Of a stretch of DNA of 64,000 nucleotides, positions 52,951 to 64,000 are shown one piece after another (positions within the stretch are counted from its first letter, which is position 1; each line of letters begins with the position of its first letter). Made by a program: the position numbers and the translations under genes. The stretch is from NCBI GenBank assembly GCA_964291395.2, contig OZ219858.1:224001-288000 (forward strand), written 5' to 3'. Under the pieces are notes generated by a model that worked only from the letters and a program-made list of their open reading frames with translations, was not told the DNA's origin and ran no database searches. The DNA comes from Alphaproteobacteria bacterium. Its GTDB lineage: Bacteria > Pseudomonadota > Alphaproteobacteria > UBA2966.

Positions 52951-53100
52951 ATGATGCGCCCAAATCGCCTGAAGGCCCGCCTTAAGGACGGCGAACCCTC
53001 CTCTCTGCGGCTGAGTTTGATGGGGAACGTGATGGCCGCAGAGATCACGGCGCTCGCCGGAACTGACGCCATCGTAGTCAACCACGACACGGGCCGCGGA
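52951..53100 (+). pseudogene. N-terminal remnant of an HpcH/HpaI aldolase
   Basis: 'MMRPNRLKARLKDGE...AAEITALAGTDAIVVNHDTGRG' parallels the family N-terminus (N.LK..L..G...AE..A.AGFD...D.EHG) and is cut off after about 50 codons. Confidence 0.55.
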
Positions 53101-53122
53101 TCTCATACAAGCTGGAACCGCT

Positions 53123-54298
53123 TCAGGTCCCGAGGCCGCTCCTGCCAAAACCTTGGAGCCGGGCGCGGTCGAACGCGTCGAGACCGTTCACGCGCATGAT
53201 CGTACGGATCGTTTCGATGTATTCGAACCCGCGCTCCGAATATTTGTGGAGCGTCCCGACCAGACTTCTCCCGGTCAACGCCTGGCTGGAATTCCGCAGC
53301 TCACGCCGTACTCGGCGAAATTCCTTGTAGGCCCAATGGATATTCAGGTTGTGCATGTAGGCTGATACGGATTGGCGCAGTCCCTCGAAGGACCGCACTT
53401 CGTGGCGTTTGCCTGGGTCACGCCGCTCGGGCACGACACCCGTCCCCTTGCGGAACGTCCATTGACCGAAGACCGCATTCGCCTCGACCGCAAATCGCGA
53501 CGTGCCCCAGCCCGACTCCTCGGCCGCCTGGGCGATGGCCAGGGATGGAGGTACGACGTCGACGCGACCGACGAGGTCCGAGCGGTCCGACGGGTTCGCA
53601 TCGTAGCGGTCGGTCAAGGTCGCGATCCAGGCCTCGTCCTCACGCGATAGAGGGCCTTGCGAATTCAAGAGGCGGAAGAGCTCGTTACGATCCGCCAGGA
53701 TTTTTTCGTTGGCTTGAAGGATGAGCGGCAGCATCAATTTGATAAAGAGTTGTTTCCGCTGTTTGACGGAGTTCAACTGGGCCAGATCCGGCGGCAGATT
53801 GGCGAGCTGCATGCGGGGTACGGACGCGAATCCTCTTCGAATATCCCTGAGGCTGTAATCGAGCGTAGCCAATTGCCGATCCAGGTCGGTGGCGCTGATC
53901 ACTTGCAGCCCGACACTCACCGATTCGATTTCGCCAAGCGCCACGACTTCGGGCGGGCGATCAAGCAGCGGCCGATGAACGATCTCGGGTGCGGGTAGAA
54001 CCTGCCCCGCCGACACGGACGCCGCTCGCGTCGACACTTCCGGTACTGGGGGGCGCTGGTCCGCTTGCCGCGTCAGCGGTTCATCTAACGGTGGAGCCGG
54101 GCTCCCGGCCGGTATGGTGAAGAGCCCCACGCCCAGCGTATAGAGGCACAGGACGCACACACCGAGAACCCCGAGCGCGCCACGCTCGAACCGACCACCG
54201 AACACCTGAAGATGGGCCATGGACCAGTCCCCTGCCGCCGGCCAACGGGCGAACGGGGTATTTTCCCAGTCTCGGCGCGCCTTGATTCGCGCGTCCAT
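53123..54298 (-). CDS. Bax-like glucosaminidase (GH73) domain protein with N-terminal membrane anchor
   Basis: 'RKQLFI..MLPLI', 'AQAAEESGWGTSRFA', 'YMHNLN.H.AY', 'YSERG..Y'; strong RBS AAGGGGAGG. Confidence 0.85.
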   Translation of the reverse strand: MDARIKARRDWENTPFARWPAAGDWSMAHLQVFGGRFERGALGVLGVCVLCLYTLGVGLFTIPAGSPAPPLDEPLTRQADQRPPVPEVSTRAASVSAGQVLPAPEIVHRPLLDRPPEVVALGEIESVSVGLQVISATDLDRQLATLDYSLRDIRRGFASVPRMQLANLPPDLAQLNSVKQRKQLFIKLMLPLILQANEKILADRNELFRLLNSQGPLSREDEAWIATLTDRYDANPSDRSDLVGRVDVVPPSLAIAQAAEESGWGTSRFAVEANAVFGQWTFRKGTGVVPERRDPGKRHEVRSFEGLRQSVSAYMHNLNIHWAYKEFRRVRRELRNSSQALTGRSLVGTLHKYSERGFEYIETIRTIMRVNGLDAFDRARLQGFGRSGLGT

Positions 54299-54665
54299 TG
54301 ACCAGCCCTCCCCTTGGAACTGATTGTACCTCAGGCGGCTCTGTCGAGTCCATCGCGCCGAAACGGCACGACACTTGCCGCCTCTTCATCCATCGGACTG
54401 CGGGCCGGTGTCCGATGCAATCCGTGCCCAGGCAACACTTGCCCAGGTCATCGGTGATCGGCCGGTCCGTTCCAGCGATCCGACGTTTCCCGGCGGCCTT
54501 GTCTGACCGATGCTTAGCGGCATGATCGGCTTTGCATTGACCGACGCCCTCCGAAGCGGCAGCCTCCATGCCCGTGGCGAGCCGGCAGCGCCAGCCATCC
54601 ACACGGATGAAAGGTCGCCACCCTTCTAAATAAATTTCAATACCTCAAAGCGTGACCGGTCAGGC

Positions 54666-55676
54666 CTATGCGATCAAGAAGCCGACGACCTCCTGAACTT
54701 CACGAATGACGGGTTCGGAGAGGTTCCGCGCCCGTTCGGCACCGTCGTGAAGAACGGACTCCACATATGCGGAGTCGTCCATCAAGCGCTGCATCTCGGC
54801 CGTGATTGGCGTCAGTTCGGCGATCGCGAGTTCCGCCAACTCCTCCTTGAACGTCGAGAACTGAGCGCCGTCGAACCTTCGACACACGGCTTCCACGGAA
54901 TCGCTGCATAGAGCCGCAAATATGCCGACCAGATTGGCCGCTTCCGGCCGAGACTCCAGTTCATCCGGCGTGCCGGGAAGCGGATCCGGATCGGTACGCG
55001 CCCGTCGAATTTTCTTGACGATCAGATCGGGCGGGTCGGTCAAATTGATGCGCGCATAGTCGGACGGGTCCGATTTGCTCATCTTCGCGGTGCCATCCCG
55101 AAGACTCATCACACGCGTCGCTTCACCGAAAATCAGCGGTTCCGTCAACGGGAAGCAGTCGACGCCGTACTGGCTGTTGAATGCCTGCGCGATGTCTCGA
55201 CAAAGCTCCAAGTGCTGCTTCTGGTCTTCTCCGACAGGTACGTGGGTGGCCTTGTAGGCGAGAATGTCCGCCGCCATGAGGTTCGGGTAGGCATAGAGGC
55301 CGACGCTAGCGTTCTCGCGATACTTTCCAGCTTTTTCCTTGAACTGGGTCATTCGGTTGAGCCAGCCCAGACGCGCGACGCAATTGAATATCCAGGCGAG
55401 TTCCGCGTGCGCGCTGACTTGGCTCTGATTGAACAGGATTCCCGTCTTCGCATCGATCCCTGCCGCTAGCAGGCTCGCCGCGACCTCGCGCGTGCTGGCC
55501 CGCAATTCCGCAGGGTCCTGCGCAACCGTGATGGCGTGCAAATCGACCACGCAATAGATGCATTCGTGGTCGGCCTGCAACGTAACCCAGTTGCGTATCG
55601 CGCCCAGGTAATTGCCGAGATGCAGATTCCCCGTTGGCTGAACACCCGAGAAAACGCGGTTCATCGTTTGCCTCAT
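54666..55676 (-). CDS. trpS: Tryptophanyl-tRNA synthetase
   Basis: '[15 protein letters not shown]', '[12 protein letters not shown]', 'KMSKS'. Confidence 0.97.
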   Translation of the reverse strand: MRQTMNRVFSGVQPTGNLHLGNYLGAIRNWVTLQADHECIYCVVDLHAITVAQDPAELRASTREVAASLLAAGIDAKTGILFNQSQVSAHAELAWIFNCVARLGWLNRMTQFKEKAGKYRENASVGLYAYPNLMAADILAYKATHVPVGEDQKQHLELCRDIAQAFNSQYGVDCFPLTEPLIFGEATRVMSLRDGTAKMSKSDPSDYARINLTDPPDLIVKKIRRARTDPDPLPGTPDELESRPEAANLVGIFAALCSDSVEAVCRRFDGAQFSTFKEELAELAIAELTPITAEMQRLMDDSAYVESVLHDGAERARNLSEPVIREVQEVVGFLIA

Positions 55677-55718
55677 GCTCGTCAAGGCGCCGAGTTATGG
55701 CGCTTGCGCGCAAGAGGG

Positions 55719-57269
55719 TCAACCATTGGAAGCGGGACGGAATGATCGCAAATCGTCCGGCCGGGCCGCGCCGGTCACATAGGCGGAGAGTGCGAAGAGC
55801 CCAAGACCTCCGAGAACCAACAGCACGACGCAAAGGATACGCAACAAAAATGTGCCCGACAGCCAATCGTCGAGGCCTTCGTGCGCCACCGCGAGACCCA
55901 CCACCATGATCGCCATCGCCAGCAGCGTCCGCGGCAGCCTCTGCCGCAATCGTGCATCGGTGACGAAGTCGCCGCGCCGGGACAAAGTGCGCGCGAGCAA
56001 CCACGTGTTAAGCCACGCTGCGAGCGCCGTGGCGAGAGCGAGTCCGACATGTTTGAGCCACCACATCAAGGCGAGATTGAGAACAAGGTTGGCCACCACA
56101 CAGATCGCGCCGATCCGCACCGGCGTGACCGTATCCTGTCTCGCGAAATACGCGGGAGTCAGAACCTTGACCAAAACGTAGGCCGGAAGGCCGATCGCGT
56201 AGGCGCGCAAGGCCAACGCTGTGAGGTCCGACTCGCGGGGGCCGAATTCTCCGCGCTCGAACAACACGGACACGAAGGGATGCGCCAGCACGACAAATGC
56301 CGCCGCAGCCGGCAGAGTGAGGAGCAGTGCGAATTCGGTCGCTCGATTCTGATGGTGCAGGGCCGAATCCCTCCGGCCTCCGCTGACTTCCCGCGAGATC
56401 AACGGCAGCAATGCCGTGCCTACAGCCACGCCAACCACACCAAGGGGTAATTGATTGAGCCGATCTGCATAGAAGAGATACGAGACCGAGCCCGACGGCA
56501 ACAGGGACGCCAGTACGATATCGACCACGAGATTGATCTGGACGACGCCGGCGCCGACCGCAGCCGGAGCCATGAGCCGCAGCAGGTATTTGACCTGCGG
56601 CGTGAGGCGAGGGCTGGAGAATCGCAGGGGCATGTCGGCACGATGGAGGGCAACGATCAGCCAAACGAATTGAATCATCCCCGCCGCGGCGACGCCCCAC
56701 GCGAGCGCGTGCCCCGGCGTCGGCGTGAATGGTGCGAGCCAGAGAAGCGCTCCGATGAGGCAAAGATTGAGGAGTACCGGCGTGGCCGCAACCGCGGCAA
56801 AGCGCCCCAAGCTGTTCAGAACCCCCCCCATCAGCGACACCACGCTGATGAACAGCAGGTAGGGAAACGTGATGCGCGTCAGCGCCACCGTCAACTCGAA
56901 TTTCTCGGGCCAAGCCGCGAACCCGGGAGCCAATCCGTACATCAACCAAGGCATCAGGGCCTGAAACAACCCCACCAGAAGGACGAGGACGACGACAAGA
57001 ACGACTAGAGCGGACTGGGCGAAGCCACGAGCGGCGTTACGTCCATCCCGTTCCAGGATCTCGGAAAAGACGGGAACGAATCCCGCGTTGAAGGCGCCCT
57101 CGGCAAACAGACGGCGAAAGAAATTGGGCAGCTTGAATGCGACAAAGAAGGCGTCGGCCACCATTCCCGCACCCAGGTATGCCGCGATCAGGATGTCCCG
57201 GACGAAGCCCAAAATGCGGCTCAACATCGTGTAGCCGCCGACGGTCGCGATTGCCGGAAGCAGTTTCAT
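55719..57269 (-). CDS. murJ: Lipid II flippase
   Basis: 'SRILGFVRD', 'AFKLPNFFRRLFAEGAF', 'YADRLNQLPLG'. Confidence 0.96.
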   Translation of the reverse strand: MKLLPAIATVGGYTMLSRILGFVRDILIAAYLGAGMVADAFFVAFKLPNFFRRLFAEGAFNAGFVPVFSEILERDGRNAARGFAQSALVVLVVVLVLLVGLFQALMPWLMYGLAPGFAAWPEKFELTVALTRITFPYLLFISVVSLMGGVLNSLGRFAAVAATPVLLNLCLIGALLWLAPFTPTPGHALAWGVAAAGMIQFVWLIVALHRADMPLRFSSPRLTPQVKYLLRLMAPAAVGAGVVQINLVVDIVLASLLPSGSVSYLFYADRLNQLPLGVVGVAVGTALLPLISREVSGGRRDSALHHQNRATEFALLLTLPAAAAFVVLAHPFVSVLFERGEFGPRESDLTALALRAYAIGLPAYVLVKVLTPAYFARQDTVTPVRIGAICVVANLVLNLALMWWLKHVGLALATALAAWLNTWLLARTLSRRGDFVTDARLRQRLPRTLLAMAIMVVGLAVAHEGLDDWLSGTFLLRILCVVLLVLGGLGLFALSAYVTGAARPDDLRSFRPASNG

Positions 57270-57312
57270 GGCCTGTCGCGTATCGCGAGATGACGGCGGA
57301 AAAATGACCGTC

Positions 57313-60207
57313 TCAAACAGCCGTCATCGTTTCTTGAAGGTCCTGAGAGTCCGGGTCCGGAACTGTCTCGTCAACCGAACCCCGGATCGCCGCCATCAAC
57401 TCAGTCCGAATGCGATCCAGTTTCCCTTCATGCGCGACCTTCAGACCGAACATGTCCTTGACGTAAAAGACATCGACTGCGCTCTCGCCGTATGTCGCGA
57501 CCCGCGCCGTGGCGATCGACAGGCCGAGATCGGTGATGGCACGAGTCACGTCGTAGAGGAGCCCTTGCCGATCACGTGCGTTTACCTCGATCACCGTAAA
57601 GACATGACTCGCGGTGTTGTCGATAATAACCTGCGGCGCCACCTCAAATACCTGGGTGCGACAGGGAATTCCGACTTGGCGCGCGAGGGCACGGCCAGGA
57701 TCGACCACGCCCGTAAGTGTCTGTTCGATTGCTGATTCCAGTTTGGTCAGGGCGCGGGCATCTTCGAGGGGTCCGCCCGCCGGATCTTGAATCCAGAACG
57801 TGTCGAGCGCCATGCCGTCGCTCGTCGTGAAGATCTTGGCTTCGACGATGTTGGCACCTGACATCGCGATGGCACCGGCCATAAGGGCAAAGAGTCCGTG
57901 GTGATCCTGGGTGTAGATGGTGACTTCGGTAACCGCATGGAACGAGTCGGATCGGAAATCCACTACCAGTCTCTGATCGGCGGCATCGGCGTGGCGCACC
58001 AACTCGGCGTGTCGCGACAGCGTCTTCGCATCTGCGGACAGCCAATAATGAGGATGACCGCGCGTCAAATAGGTCTCGAACTCCGCCTCCGACCAATCGG
58101 GCAGACGGGCCCTAAGTGCCTCCTGCGCCACGGCAACGCGTTCGTCGGCTCGCTCCGTGGACAGGCCGCCGGACAACGCCTCTTCGGTTCGATAGTAGAG
58201 TTCGCGCAGGAGCTGCCCTTTCCATCCGTTCCAAACAGTCGGGCCGACCGCTCTGATATCGGCGACCGTAAGCACGAGAAGGAGCTTGAGACGCTCTGGG
58301 CTCTGCACGAGGGCTGCAAAGTCAGACACGGTCTTGGGGTCCTGTATGTCCCTCTTGAAGGCGGTGGAACTCATGGCCAAGTGATGGCGAACCAGCCATG
58401 CAACGGTTTCCGTTTCCGCGTCGCTCAAACCGAGGCGGGGGCCGAGCTCAAAGGCGATCTCCGCGCCGATCTTGGAGTGATCACCGCCCCGGCCCTTGGC
58501 AATGTCGTGGAGCAGCACAGCAAGGAATAAAACGGGGCGTGATTGAATCTTGTGAATGATCTCGTTCGACAGGGGAAGGTCCTCCTCCAGCGAACCGCGT
58601 TCGATCTTGGCCAGCATTCCGATCGCACGAATCGTGTGCTCGTCAACCGTATAGACGTGGTACATGTCGTGCTGCATCTGCGCGATGACCCGCCCGAAAT
58701 CCGGCACGAACCGCCCGAATACCCCCGCCTCATTCATGCGCCGGAGCGTCGTCTCGGGATCCCGTCTCGACGTCAGTATTTCGAGGAACAGTCGATTGGC
58801 CTCGAGATCTTCCCGTAGGGATGCGTCAATCAGGTAAAGACTACGGGTGACCAAACGCAGGACGCGCGGGTGAATGTCCACCCCGTGACGGTCCGAGTGG
58901 TGGAAGAGTCGGATCAGCGAAACCGGGTCCCGTTGGAACAGACCATCGTCGTCGACATCGATACGCCCTCCTTCCATTACGAATCCATCAAGCCGTTCCT
59001 CCCGCTGCCCGATGCGCGGCAGGCGGAAACGTGACTTCCGCTTGAACTGTTCCTCAAGGGCCGCACAGAAAATGCGCGTGAGGTCACCGACTTCCTTAGC
59101 CACGAGGTAATAGTGCTTCATGAAGCGCTCGACACCGCGCGAACCCGGTCGATCCGTGTACCGCATGCGCTGTCCGATCTCCGGCTGGGCGTCGAAGGTC
59201 AACCTTTCCTCCGCGCGGTTCGCCAGATAATGCAGATGGCAGCGGACGGCCCAGAGATACTCTTCCGCCTTCGCAAAGTGTCGGAACTCGACCTGTGTCA
59301 GAACCCCGCGGCCGACGAGGTCGGCAACCTTGGGAACCTGAAAGGCGTACTTGCCGATCCAGAACAGAGTGTGCAGATCGCGCAGACCTCCTTTGCCCTC
59401 CTTGATGTTGGGTTCCACGACATAGCGCGAATCACCGAAACGTTTGTGTCGTTGGTCTCGTTCCGCGAGCTTGGCCTCCACGAAGTCGGGACCGGTCGAG
59501 GCCACGATCTCTCTCCGAAAGCGCCGTCGAAGCTCACGATAGAGCGCGGCATCACCGCACAGATACCTTGCCTCCAGCAGACCCGTGCGGATCGTGATAT
59601 CGGACCGGCCCAAGCGCATGCACTCATCGACCGACCGGGTGGCATGCCCCACCTTAAGGCCGAGATCCCAAAGCATATACAGCAGATACTCGACGATCTG
59701 CTCCCCCCAAGGCGTCTGCCTGTAAGGAAAAAGAAACAGCAAATCGACATCCGAGAACGGCGCCATCTCACCGCGGCCGTATCCCCCAACGGCAATGACC
59801 GAAAGCCGCTCGCCGGCGGTCGGATTCGACTGCGGGTAAACGTGACGCACCGCAAAACCGAATAGCGTCCGGATGAGTTGATCCAATGCCCAGGCAATTG
59901 CCCGAGCGGTGGCGCGGCCCGACAAGCCAACCTCAAATCTCTTTCGAATGGAACGTTGGGCGTCGGCAAGCGTGCGCTTGCATAAAAACAGCACTTCGGC
60001 GCGCGCGCCGATGCCTGAAGCGCCATCCGCTTCCACCAGAGCGTCAAGGGCGTCAGTGAGCCGCTTCGCGTCCAGAACCTCGTGGCGATCCCGGAAGGCT
60101 GCCACGCCGCGACGCGTCGCGACCGTCGAGTTGTAGGTCTGGGGTTTCACCGCTTGCGCTGTCTCAGTGGGTTTTGCATCATCATATCGGTCAACGACTA
60201 TTGCCAA
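57313..60207 (-). CDS. glnD: PII uridylyltransferase/uridylyl-removing enzyme
   Basis: NT domain 'AVGGYGRGEMAPFSDVDL', HD 'HVYTVDEH...LLHDIAKG', two ACT domains; start uncertain. Confidence 0.95.
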   Translation of the reverse strand: MAIVVDRYDDAKPTETAQAVKPQTYNSTVATRRGVAAFRDRHEVLDAKRLTDALDALVEADGASGIGARAEVLFLCKRTLADAQRSIRKRFEVGLSGRATARAIAWALDQLIRTLFGFAVRHVYPQSNPTAGERLSVIAVGGYGRGEMAPFSDVDLLFLFPYRQTPWGEQIVEYLLYMLWDLGLKVGHATRSVDECMRLGRSDITIRTGLLEARYLCGDAALYRELRRRFRREIVASTGPDFVEAKLAERDQRHKRFGDSRYVVEPNIKEGKGGLRDLHTLFWIGKYAFQVPKVADLVGRGVLTQVEFRHFAKAEEYLWAVRCHLHYLANRAEERLTFDAQPEIGQRMRYTDRPGSRGVERFMKHYYLVAKEVGDLTRIFCAALEEQFKRKSRFRLPRIGQREERLDGFVMEGGRIDVDDDGLFQRDPVSLIRLFHHSDRHGVDIHPRVLRLVTRSLYLIDASLREDLEANRLFLEILTSRRDPETTLRRMNEAGVFGRFVPDFGRVIAQMQHDMYHVYTVDEHTIRAIGMLAKIERGSLEEDLPLSNEIIHKIQSRPVLFLAVLLHDIAKGRGGDHSKIGAEIAFELGPRLGLSDAETETVAWLVRHHLAMSSTAFKRDIQDPKTVSDFAALVQSPERLKLLLVLTVADIRAVGPTVWNGWKGQLLRELYYRTEEALSGGLSTERADERVAVAQEALRARLPDWSEAEFETYLTRGHPHYWLSADAKTLSRHAELVRHADAADQRLVVDFRSDSFHAVTEVTIYTQDHHGLFALMAGAIAMSGANIVEAKIFTTSDGMALDTFWIQDPAGGPLEDARALTKLESAIEQTLTGVVDPGRALARQVGIPCRTQVFEVAPQVIIDNTASHVFTVIEVNARDRQGLLYDVTRAITDLGLSIATARVATYGESAVDVFYVKDMFGLKVAHEGKLDRIRTELMAAIRGSVDETVPDPDSQDLQETMTAV

Positions 60208-60281
60208 CAGCGCTCTTCAGGTTGCCGGCCAAATCCAGCGGTCGGGTTTCCAGATGCGCCCAAGCATGACAGGGAGGATCC

Positions 60282-61394
60282 ATGGACGTCCGCGCTGCAG
60301 TCGCCCACAAAGCGGGCGACCCCCTTTCGATCGAAACCATTCAACTGGACGGACCCAAAGCCGGCGAGGTTCTCGTCGAAGTCAAGGCTACGGGTATCTG
60401 CCACACCGACGCCTACACCCTATCCGGTGCCGATCCGGAGGGATTGTTTCCATCCGTTCTCGGACACGAAGGCGCTGGCGTCGTCGTTGAAGTCGGGAAT
60501 GGCGTCGACAGCGTCAAACCCGGCGATCACGTGATCCCCCTGTATACGCCGGAATGTCGGCAATGCGAATATTGCCTCTCGGGGAAGACCAACCTGTGCC
60601 AAGCCATTCGCGAAACTCAGGGCCAGGGGGTCATGCCGGACGGAACCAGCCGTTTCAGCCTTGGTGGCGAGAAGCTCTACCACTACATGGGCACATCGAC
60701 ATTCGCCAATTTCACGGTGCTGCCTGAAATTGCCGTCGCTAAGATCCGGGAAGACGCGCCGTTCGACAAGGTTTGCTACATCGGTTGCGGCGTAACGACG
60801 GGGATCGGGGCCGTCATCAACACCGCCAAAGTCGAAACCGGCGCCAATGTCGTGGTCTTCGGCCTGGGCGGCATCGGCCTCAACGTCATCCAGGGGTGCC
60901 GTCTCGTGGGTGCCGACATGATCGTGGGGGTCGACATCAACGAGGGTAAGAAGGAGCTTGCGGAAAAATTCGGCATGACCCACTTCGTCAATCCCAAGGA
61001 AGTCGACGGAGACCTGACGTCCTATCTCGTGGACTTGACGAACGGAGGTGCCGATTACTCGTTCGAGTGTATCGGTAACGTCGACACCATGCGTCAGGCA
61101 CTCGAGTGTTGCCACAAAGGTTGGGGCGAGAGCACGATCATCGGCGTCGCACCCTCCGGAACCGAGATCGCGACCCGCCCCTTCCAACTGGTAACGGGTC
61201 GTGTGTGGCGCGGGACCGCCTTTGGTGGCGCCAAGGGGCGCACAGAAGTGCCGAAAATCGTCGACTGGTACATGGACGGCAAGATCAATATCGACGACCT
61301 GATCACGCACACCATGCCGCTGGAGGACATCAACAACGCTTTCCACCTGATGCACGAAGGCGAATCCATCAGATCGGTCGTCTTTTACGACTGA
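60282..61394 (+). CDS. frmA: S-(hydroxymethyl)glutathione dehydrogenase / class III alcohol dehydrogenase
   Basis: '[16 protein letters not shown]', 'GHEGAG', '[14 protein letters not shown]', '[12 protein letters not shown]'. Confidence 0.95.
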   Translation: MDVRAAVAHKAGDPLSIETIQLDGPKAGEVLVEVKATGICHTDAYTLSGADPEGLFPSVLGHEGAGVVVEVGNGVDSVKPGDHVIPLYTPECRQCEYCLSGKTNLCQAIRETQGQGVMPDGTSRFSLGGEKLYHYMGTSTFANFTVLPEIAVAKIREDAPFDKVCYIGCGVTTGIGAVINTAKVETGANVVVFGLGGIGLNVIQGCRLVGADMIVGVDINEGKKELAEKFGMTHFVNPKEVDGDLTSYLVDLTNGGADYSFECIGNVDTMRQALECCHKGWGESTIIGVAPSGTEIATRPFQLVTGRVWRGTAFGGAKGRTEVPKIVDWYMDGKINIDDLITHTMPLEDINNAFHLMHEGESIRSVVFYD

Positions 61395-61437
61395 GAGCGT
61401 CGAGATCTCGCAAACGGACCCGCGCCATTCCGTGGAT

Positions 61438-64000
61438 TCAGCCGCTGTGGGATGACTCCTCGCGCGCCAGTGCAACGAGGCGATAAACGAGATCGAGTGC
61501 GTCACGGGGACTCAGCTCGTCGGGATGAACGGACTCCACCGCCGCCGCCAAGGGATTGGAACCGGCCGGAGAGCTCGACGCTTGTCTTCCAACCACAGCC
61601 GAGAACAAAGGAAGGTCCTCGGCAAGTGAGCTGGCGGCGCCCGCCTTTTCACCGGCCTCGAGAACCTTGAGGACATCGACGGCACGGTCGACGACACTGC
61701 CCGGTAGACCGGCCAGCTTGGCGACATGAATGCCGTAGGAACGGTCCGCGGCACCGGGGGCCACCTCGTGCAGGAACACGACCGAGTCCTGCCATTCCTT
61801 GATGCGCATGGTGCGGTTGGACAAGTGCTCAAGCTTTGCGGAGAGTGCCGTAAGCTCATGGTAGTGGGTCGCGAATAGAGCACGGCACCGGTTGACCTCG
61901 TGCAGGTGTTCAGCCACCGCCCAGGCGATCGATAAGCCGTCGTAGGTGGCAGTGCCGCGACCGATCTCGTCCAGAATGACGAGGGCGCGTAAGCCCGCTT
62001 GATTGAGAATGGCGGCGGTCTCCACCATCTCAACCATGAAGGTCGAGCGTCCCCGCGCTAAGTCGTCCGACGCGCCGACACGGGAGAACAACTGATCGAC
62101 CACGCCTATATGGGCAGCGTCGGCCGGCACGAAGGACCCCATTTGGGCCAGAATCGCGATCACGGCATTCTGGCGCAGGAACGTGCTTTTGCCCGCCATG
62201 TTGGGGCCGGTCAGCAGCCAGAGGCGCTGACCATCCGAAAGATCACAGCCGTTGGCGACAAAAGCGCCTTCACCGGTTCGTTCCAACGCGGCTTCCACCA
62301 CGGGATGTCGACCGCCGTCGATCTCGAACGCCAGAGAATCGTCGATCATCGGTCGTACGTATCGTCGCACCTCCGCGAGTTCCGCCAAGGCAGCCGCCAC
62401 ATCCAACCGCGCGATCGCATCAGCCGCTGCCCCGATGGCAGAAACCTGTGTTTCGATCTCACGGCACAGCGTCTCGAAGATCTCGACTTCGAGCGCCACG
62501 GCCTTGTCAGCCGCTGAACTCAATCGCGCTTCGAGGTCGGCCAATTCCGTAGTCGTGAACCGGACTGCGTTGGCCATCGTCTGGCGATGGATGAACCGGT
62601 CATGCCCGCCACCCATCAATTTGTCCGCACGAGTATTCGTCACCTCGACGAAGTACCCGAGTACGTTGTTGTGCCGGATCTTCAACGAGGCGATCCCCGT
62701 CTCCGCTGCATACGCCGACTGCATCGCGGCGATGTGTCGCCTGCTCTCGTCCCGCAGTGTCCGGAGTTCGTCCAAGGCTCCGTCGTATCCCAGAGCGACA
62801 AAATTACCGTCACGCGCCTGCAGCGGCAGGTCCTCGTCAAGCGCGAGAGAGAGTTTTTCGACCAGCGGATCGTGCTCGCCAAGATCGGCGTCGATGCGGG
62901 CAATGCCCCGCGGCACCGCGTGAAGGCCATCATCCGACAGCAGGTCGCGAAACACACGAGCCGCACGCAGTCCATCCCGCACCGCAGCCAAGTCGCGGGG
63001 CCCACCCCGGCCCAGCGTCAATCGACCGAGCGCCCGCTCCACGTCGGGTGTTTTCCGCAATTCGTCACGCACCGATTCGCGTAAGCTTCCTTCGCCGGCG
63101 AAAAACGCCACGTCGTCGTGCCGACCCCCGATCTCACTTGCGTTCGTCGAGGGCGCGCCCAGCCTGCGCGACAGCAGCCGGGCGCCCGACCCGGTGACGG
63201 TGAAATCAATCACCGAGAGCAGGCTGCCCGTCGACTCACCGGCCAACGTCCGAACGAGCTCAAGGTTGCGCCGCGTCGCGGAGTCGATGAGCATGGCCGC
63301 GTTGGCCTGGATCCTGACAGGAGGCTTCAGACCCGGAAGCTTTCCGCGCTGAGTAAGCTCGACGTAGTGGAGTAGCCCGCCGAGCGCCGCCAGCTCGGCC
63401 CGACCGAACGCGCCGAACCCTTCAAGGGTGGCAACGCCATAGCTTTCCTCGAGGCGCCGCTCCGCCGCTTGGGAATCGAATCGCGCCGCGGGCAGGGTGG
63501 TTAGCACCGAATCCCAATCCGCAAGTATCTCGCCCAGCTCCGGCATCTCTACCAGCCGATCGGAAACGAGCAGTTCCCCGGGATTGAGCCGGCCCAGTTC
63601 ACCCGCCATCCTCGCTTGTTCCATTGGTGTTGCGGCAACATCCCCCGTAGAGACATCGACCCAGGCGATGGCCAAGTTGCGTTCTGCCCGCGCGATCGCA
63701 ACCAAATAGTTGTTGGCCCGCGCGTCGAGGAGCGTATCCTCGACCAGGGTGCCCGGCGTGACGACGCGTACGACTTCCCGCTTCACCACGGTCTTGGCAC
63801 CGCGCTTCTTGGCCACCGCCGGATCCTCGACCTGTTCGCAGATCGCTACCTTGAAGCCGCAGCGGATCAGGCGCTGAAGATAATTCTCGTACGAATGAAC
63901 GGGCACGCCGCACATCGGGATGTCCTGTCCCCGGTGACGTCCCCGCTTGGTGAGCACGATATCGAGCGCCATCGAGGCCGTCTCGGCATCGGTGAAGAAA
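61438..64000 (-). CDS. mutS: DNA mismatch repair protein MutS, 5' end beyond the window
   Basis: 'PMCGVP', '[14 protein letters not shown]', '[19 protein letters not shown]', 'DEIGRGT', 'FATHYHEL'. Confidence 0.97.
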   Translation of the reverse strand, partial: FFTDAETASMALDIVLTKRGRHRGQDIPMCGVPVHSYENYLQRLIRCGFKVAICEQVEDPAVAKKRGAKTVVKREVVRVVTPGTLVEDTLLDARANNYLVAIARAERNLAIAWVDVSTGDVAATPMEQARMAGELGRLNPGELLVSDRLVEMPELGEILADWDSVLTTLPAARFDSQAAERRLEESYGVATLEGFGAFGRAELAALGGLLHYVELTQRGKLPGLKPPVRIQANAAMLIDSATRRNLELVRTLAGESTGSLLSVIDFTVTGSGARLLSRRLGAPSTNASEIGGRHDDVAFFAGEGSLRESVRDELRKTPDVERALGRLTLGRGGPRDLAAVRDGLRAARVFRDLLSDDGLHAVPRGIARIDADLGEHDPLVEKLSLALDEDLPLQARDGNFVALGYDGALDELRTLRDESRRHIAAMQSAYAAETGIASLKIRHNNVLGYFVEVTNTRADKLMGGGHDRFIHRQTMANAVRFTTTELADLEARLSSAADKAVALEVEIFETLCREIETQVSAIGAAADAIARLDVAAALAELAEVRRYVRPMIDDSLAFEIDGGRHPVVEAALERTGEGAFVANGCDLSDGQRLWLLTGPNMAGKSTFLRQNAVIAILAQMGSFVPADAAHIGVVDQLFSRVGASDDLARGRSTFMVEMVETAAILNQAGLRALVILDEIGRGTATYDGLSIAWAVAEHLHEVNRCRALFATHYHELTALSAKLEHLSNRTMRIKEWQDSVVFLHEVAPGAADRSYGIHVAKLAGLPGSVVDRAVDVLKVLEAGEKAGAASSLAEDLPLFSAVVGRQASSSPAGSNPLAAAVESVHPDELSPRDALDLVYRLVALAREESSHSG

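Overview
GC-rich chromosomal core region of an alphaproteobacterium, probably Rhodospirillales-like judging by gene order, MucR and the SRP RNA type. It is mostly housekeeping: apaG, folE, trkH, argE/F/D/B, rpmH-rnpA-yidD-yidC-engB, dapD/E, truA-fmt-def, rmuC, recR-ybaB-dnaX-ffs, nusA-rimP-trmB, lnt-corC-ybeY-phoH-miaB, fur, mucR, tsaB, trpS-murJ-glnD, frmA and a partial mutS, plus tRNA-Gly(CCC) and tRNA-Arg(ACG). I saw no CRISPR array, integrase, transposase or prophage. The best hidden signal is a 73-codon SelW/Rdx-family selenoprotein gene (656-877) absent from the ORF track, with an in-frame UGA in a CxxU motif, an RBS and a SECIS-like hairpin. Other oddities: tandem nudC paralogues sharing a 48-nt identical block, an orphan DPQY-type DNA methyltransferase, a frameshifted yidC, a decaying XRE regulator, and several short gene stumps where conserved operon partners (infB, rimI, metK, hslO) are missing. 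I found no clearly novel multi-gene system. All family calls come from motif recognition, not database searches.
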